From positions 5,394,001 to 5,458,000 of the forward strand of contig OX597832.1 in assembly GCA_951406725.2 (NCBI GenBank): 64,000 nucleotides of DNA. Direction: 5' to 3'. Position 1 is the stretch's first letter; the number at the start of each line of letters is the position of its first letter. The position numbers were made by a program, and so were the translations under genes. Shown here in pieces: positions 25,577-38,401 of this stretch. The DNA is from Octopus vulgaris (taxonomy: Eukaryota). A model generated the notes under the pieces. That model was not told where the DNA came from, made no database searches, and saw only the letters and a program-made list of their open reading frames with translations.

Positions 25577-25580
<4 letters not shown>
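25461..25580 (-). mobile_element. 3' tail of SINE family C (RTE-like) inserted in (TA)n
   Basis: Matches 3753-3856. Confidence 0.8.
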
Positions 25581-25626
<46 letters not shown>

Positions 25627-26564
25627 CCTGAAGAGTACTTGGAGGCACTAGGCGCGTTTTAAAGCCTGTCTAAGCAAGATCTTCAGTGTCTAAAACAATT
25701 ATTAACTAATAACATATGTGTGTGTGTGCGTGTTTGTGTGTGCGTGCGTCTGTATGTGTGTGTGTGTGTGTGTGTATGTGTGTGCGTGCGTGTCTGCACA
25801 TGTGTGTCTGCACGAGGGAGTGTCTGCGCCCGTGTAACTGTTTGTGTATGCAGGTATATAGTGTATATATGAGGTGAGTGCGTATGCGTGTATAACAACT
25901 ATAACAATTTACAATGCGAAATATTTCAAGCCTATTACAAAAAAAGTTGGTCACAGGTTTACTTCGGGAAATAAGAAAGAAACAAATTGAACAGCGGCCG
26001 GCAAATAAAGTGTATTAAATATGGAGCGATAAACGTGAAAGTAATGTCCTAAAATCAAGGATCGCCATATTAATGTCTACTTTTATTTATCTTTTATTTC
26101 TTGTAAATCAAAATTCCTGATAAATATTATCTATGTGGATATATTTTTGACATATAAATCATCACACATACATAGGATCTTTACCTTTTGACCTACAGAT
26201 TTAAAAATAATCTTTTGTAACTAAACACTTTCAAACTTCGGACACTGGTAGAATGTGTCATATGAAACATCTTTTACTCTAAGCATTTTTGAGAAAAACT
26301 TATGTGTATGCATGTGTGTATGTATATCAATATATATAACAAGTTAAAAATAATGGTCATTACATATTTTTCCTTTATTGGAACAAATTTGGCTTACAGT
26401 AGTCATTAGAGGAACATTACTGATAGGTAATGAGAGCTTATGTATTTTGCCCGGATTGAGAAACTATATGTGTATGTGTGTGTGTGTGTGTGTGTGTGCG
26501 TGCGTGCGTGTGTGTGTGTGTGTATGTGTGTGTGTGTATGTGTGTGTCTGTGTGTGCATGTGTA

Positions 26565-26603
<39 letters not shown>

Positions 26604-26672
26604 GTGTGTGTATGTGTGTGTGTGTGTATGTGTGTGTCTGTGTGTGCATGTGTATGTGTGTGTGTGTGTGTG

Positions 26673-26824
26673 TGTGGCTGTGATGCAAGAAGCTTGCTTC
26701 CCAACCACATGGTTTGGTGTTCTGTCCTACTGCGTGACACTTTGGGCAAGTGTCTTTTACTATAGCCTCGGGCCGACCAAAGTCTTTGAGTGGATTTAGT
26801 AGACGGAAACTGAAAGAAGTCCGT

Positions 26825-26881
<57 letters not shown>

Positions 26882-27085
26882 GTGTATCTGTTTGTCCCTC
26901 ACCATTATCTCCTGACAACCGATGGTGGTATGTTTACGTCCCTGTAACTTAGCGGTTCGGTAAAAGAAACCGATAGAATAAGTACTAGGCTTACAAGGAA
27001 TAAGTCCTGGAGTCGATTTTTTCGACTAAAGGCGATGCTCCAGCATGGCCGCAGTCAAATGACTGAAGCAAGTAAAAGAATAAAA
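26673..27085 (+). mobile_element. SINE family B
   Basis: Family head and tail with internal (TA)n. Confidence 0.88.
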
Positions 27086-27255
27086 GAATATATGTACAGA
27101 AAGACAGATAAAGAGAGAGAAACAAATACAGAGAGAGAAAGAAATACAGAGAGAGAAAGAGAGAGAAAATGGAAAAGAGAGAAAGAAAGACAGAGAGACG
27201 AAGAGAGATAGGGGGAGAAAGGAGGGGAGAGAGGAGAGAGAGAGCAAGAGAGAGA

Positions 27256-27330
<75 letters not shown>

Positions 27331-27423
27331 ATTAATCTTTGTCATTTTCCATGTTCCAATGTTCCATAAGGCAGAATTAATAGTCTGAAGGATTCCTGAA
27401 GATTATGTTCTAGGAAAATAGAA

Positions 27424-27659
27424 TTGCGAAGTTACTTTCATCAAGAGCCCTACAGTATAAACGAGACTGTTTAGCCATTACAGTAAGTTTGTCTATGTTG
27501 GGATTTTTCTTTAGGCTATAAATAAAACCTATTTCAGTCTTTTGCGAAGTTACTTTCATCAAGAGCCTTACAATATAAACGAGACTATTTAGCCATTACA
27601 GTAAATTTGACTATCTTGGGATTTTTCTTTAGGCAATGAATAAAACCTATTTCTGTCTT
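27424..27659. repeat. 118-bp tandem duplication
   Basis: 27424-27541 and 27542-27659 align with scattered substitutions. Confidence 0.92.
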
Positions 27660-28169
27660 TTGTTGAGAGTCTGTCAAATTAAACTTCTCATGTACGATTA
27701 GAGTTGTCGAGAAAGATAATTGTAAGTGTTAACCCGTTTCACGTTGCATTAAGTTCTCGCGAAAGCAGTTGCTTGTTTTCTTCTGAAGTTCACTATATGT
27801 ACAATTAGGTAATTTGCATTACACAACTGCAATGTTATCAAATCGTCTTGTAAGTGTAGATGACAACGTTTCTAGTTTATTCGTTTCTCTAAATTTAAGA
27901 GGCTTCATCAATTCGGTCGCAGATGATTGGGGTAGTGGAGCAATTCAAAATTGATCCAGAAAATATGTTTAGAATATGCGATAAATATCACAGGAACAAA
28001 AAAATGTGCCTATATTAAAAAAAACAATCGTTAAGTAACAGTGAAGGCTTGTGTTCGTGGCCCTTGTTGGGAGGGAGGCTAGTAGGAAGGAGAAAGGGAG
28101 ATATCTTCAAACGGCTCGAATGCTTGTAACGGCTGCACTCCGATGAAAGCAGCCACAGATTATATCAGA

Positions 28170-29022
28170 TTCAAATTTTAGTACAAAACCAATAATTTCA
28201 GAGGAAGGGATTAAATCGATTACATTGACTTCAGTAATCAACTTGTACTTATTTTATCGACCCCGGAAGGATGAAAGGCAAAGTCGATCTCGGCGGTATT
28301 TGAACTCAGAACGTTCAAAGACGGACGAAATGCAGCTAAGCATTTTGCCCGGCGTGCTAACGATTCTGCTAGCTCGCCGCCTTGAGTCACGGATTATATC
28401 AATGTTAAACGTATAAGTAGACCATGGCGGGATTTAAACTCAGAACGCAAAGGGCCAGAACAAATATCACAAGGTTTTTTTGTTAGACGCTCTAAAGATT
28501 ACGTCAATCGCCCGTCCCAGATTGGTACTTTATTTATCGGCCAGAATGGATGACAGGCAAAGTTAAACACAGCAGTGCAATTTGAACTTAGGACGCAAGA
28601 TGCCGGAATAAATACTTCAAGATATATGCTTTATATTTTCCTTCTTTCAAATATTGGACTGCAGACATGCTGGAGCATCGCCTTGGGGTTTAGTCGAACA
28701 AATCGACCTCAGTGCTTATTTTTAAAAGCCTAGTACTTATTCTATCGCTCTCTTTTGCCGAGCCGCTGGGGTTACAGGGACATAAACAAACCAATATCGT
28801 TTATCAGGCAGTGTAAGTGGGACAAAAACAAAGACGCGCGCGCACACACACATATATGATGGGCTTCCGCACAGTTTTCATCTACCAAATTCACTCTTAA
28901 GTCATTGGTCGGCTGGGAGTTATAGTAGTAGACATTTGCCCAAAGTGCCGCACATTGGGACTGAACCCGAAACTACGAGGTTGCAAAGCGAGTTTCTTAA
29001 CCACACATTCATGCCTGCGCCT
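28170..29022 (-). mobile_element. SINE cluster (family A 28170-28620; family B 28630-29022)
   Basis: Family motifs on minus strand. Confidence 0.8.
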
Positions 29023-29346
29023 ATATACAGATCGGATTAAATTTGTTCATACATGAAATTCAAAACAACCTGAAGAGGAACCAATCCGTTGTAAACTGAA
29101 GACTGTCCCTTGGAATAATATCCCTATTAAGGGGAAACTTTTGTAAGAAAAGCACCGGTAATGGTTGCTATGGCGTTTGCAGATTTCCGCGTAGATCTTA
29201 CAGTATACATACCGTTGTAAATGTGAATATAATATCACATTAATCGGATTAAAATTTGACGATATTATCACACATTGACTCGTATTTCTAAAGTTTTGCT
29301 ACTGTTTTCAGTCACTGGACCTGAGGTGTTACAATAGGGGATGAAA

Positions 29347-29801
29347 AGAGGGGAGCAGTCGTCCCAGGGTACGGGTGCGACGAGAGTGGGAGAGTAGTCG
29401 TTCCTTGGTTGAGATGTGACGAGAGAAAAGAGTAGTCGTCCCAGAGTACAGATATGATGAGAGAGGAAATCACTCATCCCCTTGTATAGGTGTGATGAGA
29501 AAAGGAAGCAGTCGTCCCCCCCCCGTTCAGGTTGAACAAGAAGGGGAGCAGTCACCCACTGGCACAAGTGTGACGAGAGAGGGAGAGCTGTCGCCCAAGA
29601 GTACAGGTGTTACAAGAGGAGGATGCAGTCGTTCCCCGGTTGAGGTAAGACTAGAGGAGGAGAGCAGTTGTCACAGGAATGAGGTGTAACGTGAGGAGGA
29701 AGCGGTCGTCCCCAAGTGTAACGAGGGTGGGGGCATAGTTGTCCCTTTGTACAAGTGTGGCGGAATGAGAGGAGGGCAGTTGTCCTCGAGTATAGTTGGG
29801 A
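29347..29801. repeat. Degenerate ~38-bp minisatellite, about 12 units
   Basis: Recurrent gagaggggagcagtcgtccc....gtacaggtgtgac unit. Confidence 0.85.
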
Positions 29802-29881
29802 CAAGCTTAGTGCTTATATTATGGATATCGTTTTATGAAACCTCTAGGTTATGTGACATAACAGGATGCGATATAAACAAC

Positions 29882-30262
29882 AGGCAGTGGCTGTGTGGTA
29901 AGTAGCTTGCTTACGAACCACATGGTTCCGGGTTCAGTCCCACTGCGTGGCAACTTGGGCAAGTGTCTTCTACTATAGCCTCGGGCCGACCAAAACCTTG
30001 TGAGTGGATTTGGTAGACGGAAACTGAAAGAAGCTCGTCGTATATATGTATATATATGTTTGTATGTCTGTGTTTGTGCCCCCACCCAAGATCGCTTGAC
30101 AACCGATGCTGGTGTGTTTATGTCCCCGTAACTTAGCGGTTCGGCAAAAGAGACCGATAGAATAAGTACTAGGCTTACAAAGAATAAGTCCTGCGGTCGA
30201 TTTGGTCGACTAAAGGCGGTGCACCAGCATGGCCACAGTCACATGACTGAAACAAGTAAAAG

Positions 30263-30266
<4 letters not shown>
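29882..30266 (+). mobile_element. SINE family B
   Basis: Near-complete copy. Confidence 0.9.
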
Positions 30267-30300
<34 letters not shown>

Positions 30301-30355
30301 GCACACATACATCTACACATACACACCAACGCATACACATCCCTACACACACACA

Positions 30356-31200
30356 TATGAGGTGGTATCAAAAAATTCCGGGATTAGTTCTGTAGCGCGC
30401 CAACTGATGGCAGTACCCGGGTGTGTGCGCAATGAGAACTAGCAGCGACCTTTATGACGTTGTGTACCGAGTGACATCGCTGTGTTTACTTTGCAAGTTG
30501 TGAAATTTGTGGTTTTGTGGTCACGTGTATAGTATGCTGTAGTCTGCGAACAAAGAGCCAACGCGAAATTTTGCGTTAAACTTAAGAAGTCTGCTAAAGA
30601 TACATTGAGCAGGCTTTGGTAAGCTTATAGTGATGGGGCAATTGGTCGTATGCAATGTTTCGAGTGGCAAGGATGCTTCAAAAACGGATGAGCATCCCTG
30701 GAAGACAATGTGCGATCTGGAAAACCTGCCACGAGCGTCAATCTCGTGTGGTATTGTGCATCGTGAATTCGGGTCCCAGAGCCAGACTGTCAATCGAGAA
30801 GAACTGGATTCTTGACGACGTTAATGCACCCTGTCACCGAGCTCTCCTCACTCGTAAGTTTCTCTCCAAAAAGCAATATGGTATCGCTTCCTCACCCACG
30901 CTATTCACCATATTTAACGCCTGCGGACCTCCATCTCTTTCCTTTAGAGCGTCTAACGAAAAGCCTTGTGATTTTCATCCTAAGATAAAAATACAGCTCA
31001 AAGGTCGCCGTTTTAACATCATTGTCGAGATCAAGAGCGAATCGCAGACGGTACTCGATTCACTTACGGAAAACGACTTCCAGGCCTGATTCCAAAAGCG
31101 GCAGGAACTCTGGGGCCGGTGTATTGCTGCGTAATGCACCGAAGGAGATGATCTTAAAACTTATGTAAATAAGTTACTTTTTATTAAACATACATAGTCC
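30356..31200 (+). mobile_element. Internally deleted mariner relic
   Basis: TA-tgaggtggtatcaaaaaattcc end; WILDDVNAPCHRA..PKIKIQLKGRRF..LTENDFQA. Confidence 0.8.
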
Positions 31201-32499
31201 TCAAAGTGGTGAGCAGTGTGTATATTGGAGTGGGTGGGGCAAATCTAGAACCACATAGTTGTGAAGTGAACTTCTTAAACATATAGCTAATTTCTGATCT
31301 TTCTTCATTTTATGATACAAAGATTTGGCAAACAACGTTTGTAACATAGTAAAAGTATACATACATACATACATACATGCATGCATACATACATACATAC
31401 ATACATACATACATACATACATACATACATACATACATACATACATACATACATACATACATACATACATACACACACACATACATACAGGTGTGTGTGT
31501 CTATGCACACACGTACACGCACATTTAGCTCGTGGATAAAGAACTAAATGCAAAGAAATATCTTCCTTCCACCAAAAGTATTTTGCTATTATTCATTTCT
31601 GTTCAATCGGATATTTTCACTATTTTACTGGGCTTAATACTGTACCGAAGTACCCAAAGCAATCTGTACAGCGATAGCATACCCAAGATATTTGGCGAGC
31701 ACCCCATCACCCATCCTTGACCAAAGTGAGTATTTATTTTCAAATATGTCACGTTCCCTCTTCCTATATGTGATTATTGACTTGCAGAAGACGAGTCCTC
31801 TTTTCAAACTGCCAGATACGCTTGCGTCTGTTGAAACAATATCATTGTTAATGTAGCTCTTACTGTTCTTATTTCTACTTATATGTATTTTTACTGTTGT
31901 TGTGTCTGTAACTCTGATTATGATTATACATTTGTTTTGATTGTTATTGTTGTTGCTGTTGTTTCAGTGGAAGCTATTGCTGCACAGATATCGTCATCAC
32001 AACTAAATAACAATTTCTATTTTTGTTTTGCTTTTCTCTTCTCGTCATTAGTGCTTCTGTTGTTGTTAGTAAGAATCAGGGATGGCGAAACAATAGAGCA
32101 TTCTGATGTTAATTTTAAGATAAAAGAACGTCAGACACACACACACCGTTTTTAACGTTGGACCGTGCAGAAGATAAAGCTAAAAATAATAGGATGTAAA
32201 TATTGTGTTAAAAAATGCCCTTGGATGGAAAAAGCTGCAGGTTGACCATAGGGTTCGAACCCACATCTTACATAAACATTCTACCTTTCGAATTCTGCGT
32301 CCATTTTAGAAGCTTTGTTCTTACCAGCGAGAATTATATATTGTTTACATCATAAGAATTCAGAAACCCCGAAAGATGTGAAATAAGTCATTATTAACGG
32401 TGGACGCTAAGTAGATAAAACTACGAATAATAACGTCTAAGGGTTAAATATACACACAAAAAAAGCCCCTTCACCATATTCCTCCTGCCTAATCAAACT

Positions 32500-33120
32500 A
32501 CTCTACAACGAGACTAAGGAAAACAACTATGTAGGGTTTCAGACTAGATGACAACTCTTTGACATCAGAAGGATCTAAACTAACACGAAACTTTGTAGAA
32601 AGGAGAGCTGAGTGATACACAGTATAGAGATGACTAAACTCTTATGACCTATACTCAAGAGGATCTTTGGATTGTCCTTGTAGTGACAATAACAACGTAC
32701 AGCATGATAGGAATGACTATTGACACCACCAAAACAGAATTGGTTTCCAATTCCCGCATGCTACTATTTTTACCCCTCTTCACTGTCTGAAGTGCATTCT
32801 TTCAAATATCAAGGATAGCTTTAACAACGATACCCAGGCCTATTAGACAGGCAATGGCTGGGGAAGATTTCAGCGCAGTCTTTCAGATCAATGCATTCAT
32901 TTCTCCATAAAGGTAACCGTATGCCAAGCTGTCTTCTCTGTAGCTGTAACATTAAATCATACCTCCTGTGCATCGTGGAGGTATGATGCCACCTGCAAAA
33001 GTACGGAGGCTTTGATTAATCAGTACCGGCACCAGTGGGTGGCAAAGGTGATAAAGATGCTCTTATGTCGGCTGCGTAGCTGAGTGATATACTGCCAACT
33101 ACACCATGGAGGGTGCGCAG
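32500..33120 (+). mobile_element. Highly decayed RTE-like LINE fragment
   Basis: Pieces read FRLD..LFDIRR, LSEVHSFKYQG, IKVTVCQAV. Confidence 0.55.
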
Positions 33121-33689
33121 ATGAGGGCTGTAAAAGCACTCTAAGGAACATTTGCTCTTTGAGTAAGTGTCAGATCAGTGACAAAGACATAGAGGGTTTC
33201 ACTGCTGATGATATAGGCTGGTAACAGCTGTGTGGAGATGTAGCCACGATTACTGACATTGCTAAGGTCTTCACCAATACATATACATGCACTATTAACA
33301 ATAGAAACTGAGGGTCCTAAACAAGACAGTTCAACCACCAAATATCTTACTTTTAAAAGAACAGATATTGTTGTATGATTTCAGTTGGTAACCAAGGGTG
33401 TGTGAGCGTGTGTGCATACATATATCTAAATCTAAATATATACACATGGGTGAATATGTACGTGTATGTGTGTGTGAAATCCCGAACACTGTAGAGTAGA
33501 AGTATTCTCCTAGTGAGTTAAGTCTTTACATTCTCAAAGTAGTGCCAAGATAGCCAAGAGCTAAACGACTGAAATGTATTTTATTTACATTATTCATTGG
33601 CATAGCCAGTGTCTTTAAGAATGGAATGAAAATGATACAGTCTCATTTCTCGCCTGCAGGATTTATTTTTATTATACATTTTAAACTTT

Positions 33690-33947
33690 TACATTCTTTT
33701 ATTCTTTTACTTATTTCAGTCATTTGATTGTGGCCATGCTAGAGCATTACCTTAGAGGGTGTTAGTCGAAGAAATCGACTCCAGGACTTATTCTTTGTAA
33801 GCCCAGTACACACACACACACATATATACGACGGGTTTCTTTCAGTTTTCGTCTACTAAATCTACTCACAAGGATTTCGTTGGCCCGACGCTATAATAGA
33901 AGATACATGCCTAAGGTGCCACGTAGTGGGCCTGAACTCGGAACCAT
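33690..33947 (-). mobile_element. SINE family B, head truncated at a (TA)n/PLE insertion
   Basis: Family motifs; stops at ggaaccat. Confidence 0.85.
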
Positions 33948-34153
33948 ATATATATATATATATATATTTATTATATAGAAGGAGCTTCTACAGGACTAGA
34001 ACTGTTTCATTCAAGAGAAATCTTCCTGAAGATTTCTCTTGAATGAAACAGTTCTAGTCCTGTAGAAGCTCCTTCTATATAATAAATTAATTTTACTCTG
34101 CTATGTATTGAGTACCTTATTTACTGTGGTTAACCCCGAATCAACCCGGGACC

Positions 34154-34216
<63 letters not shown>

Positions 34217-34316
34217 TTCCGAGTTCAGGCCCACTACGTGGCACCTTAGGCATGTATCTTCTATTATAGCGTCGGGCCAACGAAATCCTTGTGAGTAGAT
34301 TTAGTAGACGAAAACT
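33844..34316. repeat. Nested perfect inverted repeats (104-bp outer arms, 60-bp inner arms)
   Basis: 33844-33947 = rc(34213-34316); 33966-34025 = rc(34028-34087). Confidence 0.95.
34026..34063 (+). ncRNA. Hammerhead motif lacking the 5' strand of stem I
   Basis: CTGAAGA-tTTC/tctt/GAAt-GAAA-Cagttcta-GTC-ctgt, beginning exactly at the palindrome centre. Confidence 0.7.
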
Positions 34317-35784
34317 TTTTTTTAATAAAATTTTGATATACCTTGAAGAGAAATCAGTATTATTACTATTGTATAGCCGTAATAGACCTAATCAATTAGT
34401 CCTACGATCAACAACGTTCCACTTTCGACCATCTCGTCTTTTGATATATCCAGAACAACATCATCTAATGTAATTCCTCATTTAAAAAAATAGTCGAGTG
34501 TGATGAGAGGGAAAGTTAGCTCTATTTCTAGCAACTCCAGTGACCGGCATAATGCTTCTCCTCGTTGGCTAGAAATCAACATTATAGAAGGGTAGTGAAG
34601 ACGAGAACGAAGTATTAGAAGTATTGGCCAATAAACCGCGAGATTGACGATTTGTGTCCAGTTACTTGCTTATACATTGGATACACAACCAAAACTTAAC
34701 AACAAACGAATTAACATAGCTCTGAGTTAGATACCACTGTGTGACATGTGATTTATTGGCTTGCAACGATCAGTTCAACCAGGAATTTGTCTTTCTACTT
34801 AATGCCATAGAAACTGTGATATGTTCTGGTTCTGCAGACGGAAGTCTCAACAATGTTTCGATTTCTTATTGCGTCAGTTTTCTGTACCTCTTATTTCTGA
34901 TCATATAAAGTAAATTCAAAAGATAATAACTCGAGCCATTCTAAGGAAATAACCTAGGGTTCCCTATAAGAGAATAAACTACGCTCCTACAAGATTGATC
35001 CTTTTTAAAGATGTTAAATTAGAGTTCTCCAAATCGCTAATTTGAGCCTCTATAAGCAGAGCTGTAATTAGCATACTACAAAAGCAAAAAAACAAAAAAA
35101 CCTTAGTGGGGTCCCAACTATCATGAAAAGTTCAGGAAATAATTTTATTAATTTATTCCATCCAGGTTAAGCGACTTGCCCGGGCCATTGTGGTTCTACA
35201 CCAGACGCCACGAAGCATGAATGTTTGGCTTGAGCTGAAATATCTCATCTACGCACGCCATGGTTATGGATGAAGGCAGCAGTTAGCTAACTGAACTGGC
35301 TGATCCTAGCCATTAACAGTTGTATGTTCATCCAATCAGCATCTCGTGGTATGACATTCGTCATTGACTCAGTAAGCTCGTCTGCCGAAATAGTTCACGT
35401 CTACCATGCTGCGTCCTATGATTCCAACGTACCTTGGCTCGGATGGCTTCATGCTATTTAATCCATAGCTTGGACCGAGAAGCAATAGTGATTAAGCGGT
35501 AGTTCTGCACTCCTCAAAACCCTGCAACACCCGAACCAGGATCCCATTACCGGATGCAGTTTAAAGTCATACTAAATTCATACTTTAATGTATTCTAAAG
35601 TTGGCAAATTCATTAGAGCTGAAGTATTTGATCTGCGTTTAAATCCTATCGAGGATGAATTTAACTTTTATTACACCGAATTTTAAACAAACATACACCA
35701 ATTATATCTCAATATTGATTCGATCGTTTATGACACTTCTCTTCACAAAACGTGTTCAGTCAAAAGAAAACAAAATACAAAAAG

Positions 35785-36217
35785 AAGAGTTTATGGACGG
35801 CGAGCTGGCAGAAACGTTAGCACGCCGGGCGAAATGCTTAGCAGTATTTCGTCTGCCGCTACGTTCTGAGTTCAAATTTCGCCGAGGTCGACTTTCGGGG
35901 TCGATTAAATAAGTACTTGTTATGCACTGGGGTCGATATAATCGACGTAATCCGTTTGTCTGTCCTTGTTTGTCCTCTCTGTGTTAAGCCCCTTGTGGGT
36001 AGTAAAGAAATAGGTAGGTCGTCTGCCGCTACGTTCTGAGTTCAAATTCCGCCGAGGTCCACTTTGCCTTTCATCCTTTTGGGACCGATAAATTAAGTAC
36101 CAGTTACGCACTAGGGTCGATATAATCGACTTAATCCGTTTGTCTGTCCTTGTTTGTCCTCTCTATGTTTAGCCCCTTGTGGGCAATAAAGAAATAAAAA
36201 ACAAGAGTTTATGGACG
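35785..36217 (+). mobile_element. Internally duplicated SINE family A with 15-bp TSD
   Basis: AAGAGTTTATGGACG at 35785-35799 and 36203-36217. Confidence 0.9.
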
Positions 36218-36734
36218 TAAATAAGAAATATACGCCCATGGAAAAACATGCTACTTAATTCCACTTTCTAATTATTATTTTTTTTTATTCGGGCCTTTTT
36301 TCTATGCTTGATATTGATATTCTGATAAAAAAAGAAAGTATTGTACTCCTATTCATATAAGATATGCTTTGTTTGTTAATTTAATCTTAGAACATCGTTG
36401 AAATGTATTTTGAAAGGTATTTTCTCAGTGTCCATCATTTCATTGTTTTATGCTGTTAGTCACGTAACCAACCCAGTGGGTGATATAATATGTAGGGCAC
36501 GGAAGATCACATGAAAGTGAGATGAGGTTACTAAGGAGAATAAAAGTTGATAACGTGTAATAAATTCACATGTTATTTAACTGAATATGCATTTTCAACT
36601 ATTTTAGAATTATGCCCGTAAGTAAACAAAGCCTGCAAATAAACAACTTCGTTCGTGATAAGATAATTGTGTACTCGTGTTTTTAGGTAAGAATAAGTAG
36701 ATGTTTATATCAAGCATCAGCTTAAATTTTTTTA

Positions 36735-36905
36735 CCTCGCCGAGGTCGACTTTGCCTTTCATCCTTTCGGGGTCGATAAATAAAAGTACCAGTTTCGCAC
36801 TGGGGTCGATGTAATCGACTTAATCCCTTTGTCTGTCCTTGTTTGTCCCCTCTATGCTTAGCCCCTTGTGGGCAATAAAGAAATATATATATCTCCATAT
36901 AGTAC

Positions 36906-36954
<49 letters not shown>

Positions 36955-37073
36955 CATATAGTACCAGTTTCGCACTGGGGTCGATGTAATCGACTTAATC
37001 CCTTTGTCTGTCCTTGTTTGTCCCCTCTATGCTTAGCCCCTTGTGGGCAATAAAGAAATATATATATCTCCAT
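36735..37073 (+). mobile_element. SINE family A 3' part, tandemly duplicated across (TA)n
   Basis: 36786-36898 identical to 36961-37073 by eye. Confidence 0.88.
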
Positions 37074-38075
37074 TGTTAATATGTTGGCAAAAATAAGGCG
37101 GTAAGCTAACAGAATCGTAATCATATCGGACAAAATGGGTCCTTGTATGAATGAATAAATAAGGGTTTATGCATTAATTATTGGCTTGCATAGATAAGAG
37201 AGCAGTAAATTAAGACAAAAAAACCAAAAAAAAACCCCGAGAACCGTCTAACTAAATAAGAGGACAGTGAATTAACAAATACGATAAAGTCTCCGTATAA
37301 CGATTTCAGATCGACCTTGCTTCATCTTTTGGGTTTGCTAAATAAGCCTGTATAGGGGGCGAGATCCTGGAGCGGGAGGGAAGCAAACTCACCGGCTGCC
37401 TAGGGCGGCATTGAGTGGGTGCTCCACCACCGAATGGGTACTATGGAATCGTGTCCAAATTACCGAGAGGTAGTTTGAAATAGGGGATACCTAGGAAACT
37501 TTAAACTGGGCTTTAAAATGAGACGACGATGTTAAATCAATAGAAAGTGGAAAGCACCGAACTAAACGCCGTCTAGTATTTAGTTTTATCTTTGTCGCTG
37601 TTGTTGTTGTTGTTGTTATCGTTCAGCTTGAGTCGAAATCAAAGATCCTGTAACCGTGCCCATCCAAACTTTTCAGATAATCTCGAACTATATTAAAACA
37701 ACGACTTCCTATTAAAAAAAAAATAGATAAACAAACACCAGGATGTGATTTTAGAGGTGTAACTGCTATTTACGACCATTTCCTATAAAACTGCACTCTT
37801 GTTTGAACTATTTTTATGAGCACGTGAGTTTTCAATTAGTCATTAGTTTGAATTACCTTCAGAATTACTTGACTTGACTTGAGTTGACCTCTTTAATGGT
37901 CTTTTGCTGTTAACAGGTTATTTAGATCAGCGAGGGACTGAATACATTTTAGCGGCGGACAAAATGGCTTACGGTGTGGGTTTCGGTTCTTCACGATCTG
38001 AGTTTGAGTCCCATCGACAATGCAACGCTCGCGCGAGCACACACGTCTCTTCACTTATATATATATATATACACA

Positions 38076-38326
38076 CAATTTAATAAATAAAACATATGCA
38101 TACATACATATATGTACATACCTACATCTATATGTATATATATACATGCATATATGAGTACAGGACATCACAAATAAACTTAGAACACAACGAGAAACGA
38201 AAACAAAATCAAACAAGGAAACTGACTTTTTTTAACAACGAAAAAAACAGAGTACAAGACAAACAATACAAGGAATATTCCCCTTCATCAGTTGCCCCTG
38301 TTTCGACTCAATGCGTGTTTCGAAGG

Positions 38327-38328
<2 letters not shown>
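38076..38328 (-). mobile_element. PLE pLTR-like repeat between (TA)n tracts
   Basis: Homologous to 21290-21560; gcaa-CTGATGA-hairpin-GTAT-tgttt-GTC-ttgt. Confidence 0.55.
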
Positions 38329-38360
<32 letters not shown>

Positions 38361-38401
38361 CAATAATAAATCTCTGAGCGAGATATAAACAGTAACTGCT
38401 C

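Noticed and set aside
25611-25686. CTGAAGA..TCTTCAG loose hairpin beside (TA)n
   Set aside because: No GAAA/UH half on either strand.
29096-29145. CTGAAGA..CCCTT/AAGGG-GAAA-CTTTTG-TA
   Set aside because: Four extra nucleotides before stem II and no stem I; not counted as a hammerhead.
29347-29801. CRISPR-like periodicity
   Set aside because: Contiguous degenerate units without unique spacers, no cas genes, eukaryotic context.
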